A DNA stretch of 57,915 bases, taken from the IMG/VR virus record IMGVR_UViG_3300042884_001169. One strand, given 5' to 3'. This stretch comes from an uncultured virus (IMG/VR IMGVR_UViG_3300042884_001169) (taxonomy: Duplodnaviria; Heunggongvirae; Uroviricota; Caudoviricetes). Of the stretch, positions 47,772-57,063 are shown piece after piece. Below the pieces are notes generated by a model that saw only the letters and a list, made by a program, of their open reading frames with translations, had not been told where the DNA came from and did not search any database. Every line of letters begins with the position of its first letter. Within the stretch, counting starts at the first letter, position 1. Made by a program: the position numbers and the translations under genes.

Positions 47772-49189
47772 CCGCCCCCACGTCGCCTAGCGGTGTCGCC
47801 ATGCCTGAATGGCTGGCGCGCCGCGACCGCGAAAACGGTGCATGGAACGTGGTCGCAGGACAGGCCGTCCGAGGTGACGCTTGGACCAACGCTACCGAAC
47901 GCATCATGCGAGTCCCCATCGGTGGCGACGAAACGAACCGAGTAATCCGCGCCCACGAAATGATGCACGCGAAGGTATCCCCCCTCGCAGCGAACATCGG
48001 CCAAGAGGAAGAGAATCTTCCTATCGAAGTTCTCCGAGCATCAGAAGAGATGCGCGTGAACTTGCTGGTGAAATCCGCAGGGTTCGACACCGACCTTTTA
48101 GTCGATGGCTCCGAGCGTGGCTGGGGCGAACGAGCAGCAGAGATGAAGGACTACACGTCCCTCGCTACCGCTGTCGTCGCAATGGCCGGAACGAAAGGTG
48201 CCACATCGTTTCTCCGAGGCGTCCGCAACATCGACCCCGAACTGGCGAAGGCCGTTCGCGAGATCGAAAAAGTGGCCCTGTCACACTGGACGAAGCCTGC
48301 CCGTCGAACGAGCGACAAAGCAGTCGCAAAGAAGTTCGGGTCGACCACAAGTGTCCACTACTGCGACCAAGAGATTCCGCAGGGCTACAACGACTTCACC
48401 CTGCCGGTCGCACGTTTCCTGAACTCAGCAATCGAAGCCCTCACCCCACCGGAAGGTGAAAGTGAAAGTGACGGTGAAGATTCCACCGATGAGAAAGCAG
48501 CGGAACGCGTCAAAGACGCTGCCCGTGGCAGGCGTGGAAAGTTCGCCGACCTGATCCTCGATGAGTCGGTCGTTCTAGATCGAACAATGACTGGCCGACT
48601 TGGCCGGAAGCGAATCGCCACGAACGTGGGACGCAATCCTCGCCACATGAGCCGAATGCTCACCGATCCTCAACGTCGAATCTTCGACCGAACGGTCCGA
48701 GGCAAGGGTGGCATGGTTGTCATCGACCAGTCCGGTTCGATGTGTCTGTCGAACGGTGACATCGAAAAGATGATGGAAGCGTCCCCCGGTTGCACCATCA
48801 TCGGCTACTCGCACCGACCCGGCAGCACGACCACCCCGAACGCGTGGGTGATCGCCAAGAACGGTCGCCGAGCGTCCGAGGTTCCCTCAGGACACGGTGG
48901 CAACGGGGTCGATGGCCCTGTCCTCCGGTTCGCTATCTCGTCTGCCCGTAAGGGTGAGCCGATCGTGTGGGTCTGCGATGGTCTCGTCACAGATGGAAGA
49001 AACGATACTTCCTTCAGGAATCTAGATGAAGAGTGCGCTCGGCTGGTACGCAAAAACGGAATCCACATGGTGGCGTCCGTACAAGGCGTCGAAGCGGCTC
49101 TCCTGAAAGTTGCGAGTGGAAAGAAACTACCGACGACGTATGTCGGTCAGGTTCGGGCCACAGCAATCGACCTCGGGTTCCTGTACTGA
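47768..49189 (+). CDS. HExxH metallopeptidase-like plus vWA domain protein (AAA partner)
   Basis: HEMMH..EE; MIDAS DQSGS; CDG; ATGA overlap with the ATPase. Confidence 0.8.
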   Translation: MTAPTSPSGVAMPEWLARRDRENGAWNVVAGQAVRGDAWTNATERIMRVPIGGDETNRVIRAHEMMHAKVSPLAANIGQEEENLPIEVLRASEEMRVNLLVKSAGFDTDLLVDGSERGWGERAAEMKDYTSLATAVVAMAGTKGATSFLRGVRNIDPELAKAVREIEKVALSHWTKPARRTSDKAVAKKFGSTTSVHYCDQEIPQGYNDFTLPVARFLNSAIEALTPPEGESESDGEDSTDEKAAERVKDAARGRRGKFADLILDESVVLDRTMTGRLGRKRIATNVGRNPRHMSRMLTDPQRRIFDRTVRGKGGMVVIDQSGSMCLSNGDIEKMMEASPGCTIIGYSHRPGSTTTPNAWVIAKNGRRASEVPSGHGGNGVDGPVLRFAISSARKGEPIVWVCDGLVTDGRNDTSFRNLDEECARLVRKNGIHMVASVQGVEAALLKVASGKKLPTTYVGQVRATAIDLGFLY

Positions 49190-49299
49190 CGAGTTGACCG
49201 GGGGGCGTTGTCCCCCCGGTTTCTTTCTCCCGAGGTTGTTATTCGACCTAGCACCCTGTATCCTTACAACTACTACCCCTACTACCGACTGGACTAGAA

Positions 49300-49587
49300 A
49301 TGCCTTACACGACTCAACAAATACCCGCAGAGATGTTCATGCGTCATAACGACGTAGGCGTCTACCACACCTACAAGAACGACGACATGGACATAAACCC
49401 TCCTCGCGACTACTGGTTCGTCACCGACCCCTTTCAGGGTGAGGACGATTCCTTCGACGTGCGCGACCTCCCCGGCTACGACGCTCCGGTTGGAAGCGAG
49501 TACCTCAGATGGTACCTGCAAGATTTCCTTGCCTCACTCATCGAGTCCGGCGTCATCACCGCCGACGGAGTGCAGGTGACAGCATGA
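49300..49587 (+). CDS. hypothetical protein
   Basis: promoter TTGTTA-N17-TATCCT, CCTACTAC leader. Confidence 0.7.
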   Translation: MPYTTQQIPAEMFMRHNDVGVYHTYKNDDMDINPPRDYWFVTDPFQGEDDSFDVRDLPGYDAPVGSEYLRWYLQDFLASLIESGVITADGVQVTA

Positions 49588-49880
49588 CCGACGTCCGAAT
49601 CTCAGACACACGCGACATCAAGGCCCTCAACTCGTTAGCCATCACCAACGGCTACAGCCGAGCCGCCTCCGACAACGCAATCGCAATGCTCGACCCCGAC
49701 GGCATTCACCTTGTCAACTTCACAATGGTCCACAACGACGACCACATGCGAATCGGGTTCCTGTGCAAGTTCCTAAACTGCGACGAACCTATCCACCTGT
49801 GGATCGACGCCTCGTTCGAAGACTACGACCTTCACTGCCACGTCCTAGAGGGCTACAGCGAGATCGCGGCAGCGTCGTAA
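49584..49880 (+). CDS. hypothetical protein
   Basis: ATGA overlap. Confidence 0.65.
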   Translation: MTDVRISDTRDIKALNSLAITNGYSRAASDNAIAMLDPDGIHLVNFTMVHNDDHMRIGFLCKFLNCDEPIHLWIDASFEDYDLHCHVLEGYSEIAAAS

Positions 49881-49980
49881 CCACTCAGCATTTTAAAATC
49901 TACGGTGAAGATTTCACCAACAAAATCCCCGGTAGGGTAGGTAGAAGAGGGCCATCGCAAGATGGCCCTCTTCGCTGTCC

Positions 49981-50292
49981 CTACTTCCTTGTGAACGCAG
50001 CCTTGTCAAAGACTCGGATCAAGTTCACAGCCAAAGCGATCGAAACAAACGGACCCCACGGCAACCCTGTGTTGTCGATAAATCCAACCTGCTCGATCAT
50101 TCTGAAGATTGCCCACACCAAGGAACCCTGAATGAGACTCAAGACAATCAGCACAACCAGCCCAACGAAGAAACCTTTGGTTGCCTGCGACGAAGCGTCG
50201 TCCGTGGGACGGGGTGGCTGGAAGTCTCTGAACTCCTTTGGCTCAAAGAAGTCCTTTGACTCAAACGACCAGAAGCCCTTTGGGTCGCTCAT
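49981..50292 (-). CDS. two-TM membrane protein
   Basis: two hydrophobic segments; ATGA overlap. Confidence 0.65.
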   Translation of the reverse strand: MSDPKGFWSFESKDFFEPKEFRDFQPPRPTDDASSQATKGFFVGLVVLIVLSLIQGSLVWAIFRMIEQVGFIDNTGLPWGPFVSIALAVNLIRVFDKAAFTRK

Positions 50293-50669
50293 GCGACTGG
50301 CGCGTGGAGTCGAACGATCTGGTGGACTCGCTGACGACTCAGTCCGAACTGATCGCCAATGCGTTGGAGTGAAATGCCCTGCGACCGGAGTGTCATGATT
50401 TCAAGGTTTCGTTCGATGTCCGCTGTTGGGCCGGGAGGGAGTGGACCCCACTGCCATCCGAGTGTTGCGGTGAGGATTTCGGTTCGCTCTGGTGAGAGGA
50501 GTCCCGCTCGCTGGCGCTGGCGGACGTACCCGACCCATGTTCCGAGGTTCAGAACAGTCCCGTCGTCGAGAGTTTCGACGTGGGATGCCGGGACTCGCGC
50601 GTGTCCGTTTTTTTCGACGTAAGCGGTGAGTGCGGAAAGGTATAGATTCCATTTTTGTTGGTTTGTCAT
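50289..50669 (-). CDS. helicase-associated (HA) domain fused to a sigma70 region-4-like HTH
   Basis: W..L..Y..GH..VP..LG.WV..R..L..ER..GW.W; SLQRIGDQFGLSRQRVHQI. Confidence 0.75.
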   Translation of the reverse strand: MTNQQKWNLYLSALTAYVEKNGHARVPASHVETLDDGTVLNLGTWVGYVRQRQRAGLLSPERTEILTATLGWQWGPLPPGPTADIERNLEIMTLRSQGISLQRIGDQFGLSRQRVHQIVRLHAPVA

Positions 50670-50776
50670 GTGACGAACCTTACATCTAGTTGATGTGGGG
50701 AACAAATAGGGTAAGTTGTGATTTCTATTGACGCCCTGTATGCTGCTAGGCGTACCACTACCGGAAGGAAAGCAAC

Positions 50777-51274
50777 ATGCTCACAGTCAAAGAAATCGAC
50801 CAAGAGTTCAAATCCTCGTATCGAGAACTTCTTGAAACCCACAAGTCGGCTTCGCTAATCCCGAAGGACGAACTAAATCAGATTGGTGAAATCTATCGAG
50901 CCAAAATGGTTATCCTTTCAAACGACGGAACCAAAGATGCCCGACTGCTTTCACAGTATTCAATTCCTTCAAAAGTAATTGAACTGATTTGTGGCGAAGC
51001 ACCTGAGATTCAGCGCAAAGTCAAAAACGCTGACCGTCGTCGCGCAATGGAAAACTTTATTCGCGATAACGCTGACTCAATCGTCACTCCTAGTGAACTC
51101 GCTGAAGCCGGAGAAGTTTCTTACGCAACAGCAATGAAGTTCATCAACGAAAATCCTCTTGCGTTTATCAAGACGGAACGTGGCGCCTATTTGATTCGTG
51201 ACGCCGAGGCGGAGCGGAAGGCTGCTCTGCAAGAGGGTTCCTCGTCGAAGAGGGTCGTTCGTCGAAAGAAGTGA
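50777..51274 (+). CDS. hypothetical protein with a possible winged HTH
   Basis: promoter TTGTGA-N17-TATGCT; TPSELAEAGEVSYATA. Confidence 0.7.
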   Translation: MLTVKEIDQEFKSSYRELLETHKSASLIPKDELNQIGEIYRAKMVILSNDGTKDARLLSQYSIPSKVIELICGEAPEIQRKVKNADRRRAMENFIRDNADSIVTPSELAEAGEVSYATAMKFINENPLAFIKTERGAYLIRDAEAERKAALQEGSSSKRVVRRKK

Positions 51275-51366
51275 CGAAGATCACAAACCGAAGCGTTGTG
51301 ATTTATCTGAACGCACGGTAGTCTCCTACATAGCAACACATACCTACTACCACTAAGGAAATTCTC

Positions 51367-51906
51367 ATGGGACTCGATAACATTCCCCACAACTACCCCT
51401 GCAAAAGCGGCGGCACAGCCGTCCTAACCCCACGCCTTGACCGAGAAGGCAAAGCGTTTGTCGAAGAGGACGGTTCGCCCGCACTCGTCATCGACTGTAA
51501 GGCTACGCAAGAAGCCGGTGGCTGTCCGTGGTACAACGACGAGAGCCGCCCAACCGACGGTGGCGTTATCGGTATTTTCGGAACTGATTGCTGGTATCGA
51601 GGCAAACTCGGAAACGAGTTGCTAGAAAACGTGCTTGGCATTTCTTATGACGAGACGGAAGGCATCTCTTTCTACGGCTCAAACGCTGACGGCGACTACA
51701 AGTCGCCTCAAGAATGTCTGAAACTCGCCACCTTCATTGAGGACGCAATCGCCGACACCGAATGGGTTGCCGACCCGTCCACAATCGACTATTTAGAAAC
51801 CGGAATCGAAGCGGCTGCCATCGAAGAAAAAGACTACTGCGTGTACGCCGCATGGTGGCTTCGCTGGGTCGCAGAAAACGCTGACGGCACCGACTGCTGG
51901 TACTGA
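51367..51906 (+). CDS. hypothetical phage protein (MGLD.. type)
   Basis: promoter TTGTGA-N17-TAGTCT, CCTACTAC leader, AAGGA RBS. Confidence 0.75.
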   Translation: MGLDNIPHNYPCKSGGTAVLTPRLDREGKAFVEEDGSPALVIDCKATQEAGGCPWYNDESRPTDGGVIGIFGTDCWYRGKLGNELLENVLGISYDETEGISFYGSNADGDYKSPQECLKLATFIEDAIADTEWVADPSTIDYLETGIEAAAIEEKDYCVYAAWWLRWVAENADGTDCWY

Positions 51907-51934
51907 ACTCCCCTACTACCCCTAAGGAATCACA

Positions 51935-52228
51935 ATGGATTACACCTCAAACCTCAAGTACGATCAGAACCACCACTTCTACGAGTTCCTGATCGCCCTC
52001 TCAACCACAGAAGGGATCATCACGGTCCGTGAAAAACTTCACCACCACGATGACCTAGTAGACACATGGGCGTCACTAGATCAGTCGTACCGACGTGCGA
52101 TCGACGAGATCACCGCGTTGTGTGAGAAGTGGCTCGTCGAAGACGAGGCCGTCGATCAGTATTCGATTGTCGCGATCAACGACGATCTGTGCTGGAAAGA
52201 GCGACTCGAACTCCCAGCAAGAACCTGA
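51935..52228 (+). CDS. hypothetical protein
   Basis: CCTACTAC leader, AAGGA RBS. Confidence 0.7.
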   Translation: MDYTSNLKYDQNHHFYEFLIALSTTEGIITVREKLHHHDDLVDTWASLDQSYRRAIDEITALCEKWLVEDEAVDQYSIVAINDDLCWKERLELPART

Positions 52229-52285
52229 CACGGGCTACTGCCCCCCCGATAAGATTACCTACACCTACTAACGAAAGAGGCAATC

Positions 52286-52834
52286 ATGCCCAACTGGTGC
52301 GATAACAACCTAACCATTACCGGCGACGCCGACGAACTCAAACGATTCGTAGCGGCAATCACCAACTCCGACGAATCCATCACCATTCTCAAAAACCTTG
52401 TTCCGTTCCCAGCGGAACTCGAAGGAGAAGACATTCTCGACAAGGACGGCAATGCGATTGCGCGCGCCTTTACCGACAGCGGCTACTCATGGTGCCTCCG
52501 AAACTGGGGGACCAAGTGGGCGGACTGCGATACTGAAATCATTATCTACGCCGACTATCTCATGCTGAAGTACGCAACTGCGTGGTCACCAGCCATAGAG
52601 GGTTTGTCTCAAATCTCACGACTCTTCCCAACCCTCACCTTTCAGACCGACTGGACCGAAGAGGGCATGTGTTCTATCGGTGCAGCCTGCTTTCAGGATG
52701 GACAAGAGTCAATCTACGAAGTTCCCGAATCGGACTGGCCTGAGTTGGGGCATGACGAAGATGGTGAAGAAGACTGGCAGTCGTGGCAGGATGCTGTCTG
52801 CGAACTTCGAGAGAAAGCGATTGAGAGCGTCTGA
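52286..52834 (+). CDS. DUF1281/YubB ferredoxin-like family protein
   Basis: MPNWCDNNLTITG, NWGTKW, TAWSP. Confidence 0.8.
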   Translation: MPNWCDNNLTITGDADELKRFVAAITNSDESITILKNLVPFPAELEGEDILDKDGNAIARAFTDSGYSWCLRNWGTKWADCDTEIIIYADYLMLKYATAWSPAIEGLSQISRLFPTLTFQTDWTEEGMCSIGAACFQDGQESIYEVPESDWPELGHDEDGEEDWQSWQDAVCELREKAIESV

Positions 52835-52836
52835 TC

Positions 52837-53106
52837 ATGAGTACCTACACAAACATCGACGAAATCATTGCCGCATCAAACCGAAACGGGTTCATCACCG
52901 GCGAGGTCGTCATTCCCCTCATCGACATCGTTCATTTAGATCTCGATAGTTTCTACGACCGACTTGCCGAACTGCTCGTCGATGACATTCGACTTTGCGA
53001 AATCGAATTCGATGTCATCGGCACCGCCGACAACGACTGCATCGTGCTTCGTGTTAGCGGAGACACGTCTTCCATAATCGACGCAAACCTTGACGCTAAG
53101 GTCTAA
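52837..53106 (+). CDS. hypothetical protein
   Basis: tightly packed ORF. Confidence 0.65.
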   Translation: MSTYTNIDEIIAASNRNGFITGEVVIPLIDIVHLDLDSFYDRLAELLVDDIRLCEIEFDVIGTADNDCIVLRVSGDTSSIIDANLDAKV

Positions 53107-53108
53107 CC

Positions 53109-53333
53109 ATGGCCGAAACAATCCAAACCAGCAAAAAAACATTCATACTCCTCAACCCCGAGGAAACAGAAGCAATGCGAAAACTACTGGAACTCGGATT
53201 CATCAAACTTTGCGAAACCGAATCAACCACCAAAAACCACGAGAGCCGCGAAGAACTGAAAATAATCGCAGGAAACTCCTTCGATCTCCTCAAAAGCCTC
53301 AACGTCAAACCCTACGAAACAGAAAACACATGA
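53109..53333 (+). CDS. hypothetical protein
   Basis: AAGG RBS; ATGA overlap downstream. Confidence 0.65.
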   Translation: MAETIQTSKKTFILLNPEETEAMRKLLELGFIKLCETESTTKNHESREELKIIAGNSFDLLKSLNVKPYETENT

Positions 53334-53671
53334 CCTACGAACCACACAGAATTCCTAAAGGCTGGGAAAACGACCCCAACCTGATCGGCTGTGCCGAAAA
53401 CGAAAACCACCAATGGATTTTCCTGCTAGCAACACCCGGCAAAGCAATCGAGTGGGAACGAATGAAAATAATCTCAACACTCGATCCACAGCAACTCGTC
53501 GCCGCCACCCCAATCGAAACAATCAGGGGAATCGGTGACGGCCCAGCAACAGCCAAATACATCGACACACTTATCCAAGACGCATGCTTAGCCGCCGAAA
53601 AACACTTCGAAAGCGAAACTCCACTAGAGAGACTCTTCTTAGATTCAGACAATGAGGAAAACGATGAATAA
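53330..53671 (+). CDS. hypothetical protein
   Basis: ATGA overlap at 53330. Confidence 0.6.
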   Translation: MTYEPHRIPKGWENDPNLIGCAENENHQWIFLLATPGKAIEWERMKIISTLDPQQLVAATPIETIRGIGDGPATAKYIDTLIQDACLAAEKHFESETPLERLFLDSDNEENDE

Positions 53672-54158
53672 CGAACCAACAAACTGGGACGACGCCGCTC
53701 GCCGCTCGCTTGAATCCATCTACGACCTAATCATCGACGCAGACGGACCCGACGTAACACGAAACCTCGTAGACAAAGCAATCGACCAGTTCTACAACAG
53801 CGGAAACCAAAACTCCGAAGCCATGAAACTAGGCTGGGCAGTCATCGGATCAAGCGCCATCTCACTAAGCGTGGAATGGAAACACCCGCTAGAACTCGAA
53901 CACGTCGCTGAAGTCCTCGTAAGGAAACAGCGAGACTACGGACACGAAAACATTCGCCGGTTCGGTCGCGACGGACTCCTCATGCGATGCCACGACAAAG
54001 TCGCACGATTGAAAAATCTTTACGGTAGCGATTTCGAACCAAACAACGAGTCAATTGAAGACACACTCCTCGACATCGTTGGCTATTCCGCAATCGGAAT
54101 CATGTGGGAAAGCGGAACATTCCTGCTGCCCCTGAAGCCGTCCGAAAAAAAATCCTGA
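53664..54158 (+). CDS. nucleotide-modification-associated domain 1 (DUF1599-like) protein
   Basis: KQRDYG..GLLMR..DKVARL.NL..ESIEDTLLDIVGY. Confidence 0.75.
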   Translation: MNNEPTNWDDAARRSLESIYDLIIDADGPDVTRNLVDKAIDQFYNSGNQNSEAMKLGWAVIGSSAISLSVEWKHPLELEHVAEVLVRKQRDYGHENIRRFGRDGLLMRCHDKVARLKNLYGSDFEPNNESIEDTLLDIVGYSAIGIMWESGTFLLPLKPSEKKS

Positions 54159-54528
54159 TCGCGTGTTGATTCTGATGCCCGCATGTTGTAGAAAGACATC
54201 CGCATCTCGTATCGAGCGACATGAGACGCCACAAATTTCCGGAACACAACTACGCTCAACTAGATTTTTCCAAAATACTTTTGGTCTAGTTCGACGCGTA
54301 CCGACAGGTGTCAAGCGGTCCGGATTGGTTTCCCCCCGAACCCCCCTTCCAGTTGGGGGTTAGACCCCCAAACCCCCCGGTTAAGTACGACCTTCGGTCG
54401 AACTAAACCATCTGTTGGAAAAACTTTCTCGTTTTGAATTAGTTCAAACGTGGAATAACTACAAAACGTAAAAGCCCTACCAGCCTTATTCGTAAGACTG
54501 CGCGCGCGAGGGCGTTGAAAGGAACACC

Positions 54529-54879
54529 ATGATTGAAAAACCTTCAACGGTGAATATTTCGAATAGTGGCGTTAAGGAAGTATTCGACTTTTGGGTCACC
54601 ACGTTCAGATCGAGCGGCAAAGGCCCAACTCCAGTCTTGTCAGATAAGAGGCGGTCAAAAATTTCTAGGGCTATTAAGGACTACGGTGTTGAAACTTGTA
54701 TGGACGCAATCTCCGGATGTGCAATGTCTGATTGGCACATGGGTGATAACCCACGAGGAAAAAAGTACGACGACATTGAACTCATCCTCAGGGACAGCGC
54801 GCACATTGAACGGTTTGCGACAATGTTTGCTGAAAATGGGGATTCTGCAAGTGCAGAGTTTTTGAATAGCGATGACTAA
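54529..54879 (+). CDS. phage replication-organizer-like protein
   Basis: VFDFW..R..I..AI..YG..AI.G..WHMGDN..KYDDIELILRD; first gene of the replication operon. Confidence 0.6.
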   Translation: MIEKPSTVNISNSGVKEVFDFWVTTFRSSGKGPTPVLSDKRRSKISRAIKDYGVETCMDAISGCAMSDWHMGDNPRGKKYDDIELILRDSAHIERFATMFAENGDSASAEFLNSDD

Positions 54880-55333
54880 GAACGAAGTGGTTCTCCTCGT
54901 CGATCGCATTCTTTCAACTTGGACCGTTGAGATTTCGTTGAACCAGAGGAAGACAACGTACGAATCTTGGTATCGAGTCGTGAAAGATTTAGATTTCGAA
55001 CAAACTTTAGAGGCCTTAGATTTAATCATCATTGAAGATAAGCCTTGGGCGCCTCGACCGGGAACATTGAGACGTCGAACAATCGACATGTTCTCCCCAG
55101 AACCCGCACCACCTGAAGGACCTGAAGCATGGGCTGGGTATCGTGCAAATGCTGTTGCAGCGAGCAACGGTGAAGATTTCACACCACTTCACCCTCTAGT
55201 TCAAGAAACTATTCGACGCAGCGGCGCCGGAACTCAGGTCCTTCACACCAACGGTGATCGAGAAATGTTTTTAAAAATTTACGAAATCGTTCGTTCCGAA
55301 GCAGAACTTGATCGCTATAGGATCGCAAAATGA
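54872..55333 (+). CDS. replicative helicase loader/inhibitor-like (G39P-like) protein
   Basis: MTKNE..W..V..DL.F..P.PG..EAW pattern; lies before the primase-helicase. Confidence 0.55.
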   Translation: MTKNEVVLLVDRILSTWTVEISLNQRKTTYESWYRVVKDLDFEQTLEALDLIIIEDKPWAPRPGTLRRRTIDMFSPEPAPPEGPEAWAGYRANAVAASNGEDFTPLHPLVQETIRRSGAGTQVLHTNGDREMFLKIYEIVRSEAELDRYRIAK

Positions 55334-57060
55334 GTAAGGCATCTTTAACTGTTCAAAACTTTCTGGCGAAATTGGAAGGTGTTCGAGCAGATGGATCTGG
55401 CTGGTCCGCTCGATGCCCATGTAGAAACGACGATCACAATCCAAGTCTGCATGTTGGTGAAGGACGAGACGGACGAGTTCTTGTTACCTGTCATCGAGGT
55501 GACGGTTGCGATTTGGATGAGATCTGTTCAGCGATGGATCTGGAGAAAACAGATTTGTTCCCAGAAACAAAAGAACCTGTTCGAGATCGACTGACAAAAA
55601 TTGCGACTTACGATTACACAGATGAAAATGGAAACCTCCTCTTCCAAAAAGAACGTTACATAAATCAGGACGGACGCAAAACTTTTCGACAACGACGCCC
55701 AGATGAAAACGGCGGATGGACATACTCCCTCGGCGACACACCAAAAGTTCTTTACCGACTCCCAGAAGTTTTAGCGGCAGCCCAAACCGGCGAAACAGTT
55801 TGGCTAGTTGAAGGCGAAAAAGACGCGAACACTCTCATTGAATGCGGAGAAGTCGCAACAACAATGCCCGGCGGTGCAGGCAAGTGGCTCGACATTCACA
55901 CTGAAGCACTCAAAGGTGCCGATGTTTACATTCTTCGAGACAACGACACACCCGGCATCAAACATGCTTTAGATGTTCACACCGTACTGAGCGACGCTGG
56001 TATCAAAGTGACACTGTGCGCTCCACCAGAGGGACACAAAGATGTCACCGATTATTTTGATGACGGTGGCGATTTCGAATCCCTCATCATCTGGAATCCC
56101 GACGATGTCAGGTACGACAGCCCCGCACCGGATGAGGAGGGAAGCCCCGCAGCCCCTCATCTGCTAGACGAACTAATCGAACAGATCGAGAACCTTAAAA
56201 CCCTCGACCTGTCCCCCGGCTCAATGACCGGCCGCATCCACTCCTTCGTTGACAGACTCGCCCCCGGGGCTGACCCGACGTTCGATCAAGGACGCCTCGT
56301 CGGCTGGCTCGACTTCATCGACGAAGAAGTCGACGACTCCTACGACTGGCTAATCCCCGGGCTGCTGGAGCGTGAAGACCGTGTGATCATCGTCGCTGCT
56401 GAAGGTGTGGGTAAGACGATGCTTGCCCGACAGGTCGCCATCGCCTCCGCTGCAGGGATAAATCCATTCACATATCAGAAGATGGATCCAATTCGCACGC
56501 TAACCATCGATTTGGAGAACCCTCAGAGAATCATCAGGAGAATGTCTACGTCGATTGTGGGGGCGTCTAGGCGCCTCTCAGGGGGCGCTGGACCAGTTCA
56601 TGCCCATCTCCTAATCAAACCTGCAGGGATGAATCTGCTGTCGGCCCCCGATCGAGTCATGATCGAAGAAGCGATCGAGAAAACCAAACCAGATCTCGTA
56701 TGCCTCGGACCTTTGTATAAATCTTTCGTAGACCCGGGGACTAAAACATCAGAAGCAGTAATCGTCGAAGTTGTAAAATACTTAGACTACCTGCGAACCA
56801 CCTACGGCTTCGCCCTTTGGATGGAACACCACGCCCCCCTCGGCGGCAACAGCGGCAGAGAACTCCGCCCCTTCGGATCAGCAGTCTGGTCACGCTGGCC
56901 AGAGTTCGGCCTCACCCTCGAACCCGACCTGACGGCAAACGAACCCCACGTCTACAAAGTCGGCAACTTCCGGGGGGACAGAGACGTCCGTCATAGGCCT
57001 ACTAAGATTAAACGAGGCAAAGTTTTGCCTTTTGAGGTTGTGGAGTTTTTAACGTCATAG
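55330..57060 (+). CDS. DNA primase-helicase (Zn-binding, TOPRIM, RecA/AAA_25 helicase)
   Basis: ARCPC..CH..C; VEGEKD, DND; AAEGVGKT, DLEN, HH..GS. Confidence 0.9.
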   Translation: MSKASLTVQNFLAKLEGVRADGSGWSARCPCRNDDHNPSLHVGEGRDGRVLVTCHRGDGCDLDEICSAMDLEKTDLFPETKEPVRDRLTKIATYDYTDENGNLLFQKERYINQDGRKTFRQRRPDENGGWTYSLGDTPKVLYRLPEVLAAAQTGETVWLVEGEKDANTLIECGEVATTMPGGAGKWLDIHTEALKGADVYILRDNDTPGIKHALDVHTVLSDAGIKVTLCAPPEGHKDVTDYFDDGGDFESLIIWNPDDVRYDSPAPDEEGSPAAPHLLDELIEQIENLKTLDLSPGSMTGRIHSFVDRLAPGADPTFDQGRLVGWLDFIDEEVDDSYDWLIPGLLEREDRVIIVAAEGVGKTMLARQVAIASAAGINPFTYQKMDPIRTLTIDLENPQRIIRRMSTSIVGASRRLSGGAGPVHAHLLIKPAGMNLLSAPDRVMIEEAIEKTKPDLVCLGPLYKSFVDPGTKTSEAVIVEVVKYLDYLRTTYGFALWMEHHAPLGGNSGRELRPFGSAVWSRWPEFGLTLEPDLTANEPHVYKVGNFRGDRDVRHRPTKIKRGKVLPFEVVEFLTS

Positions 57061-57063
57061 TAT

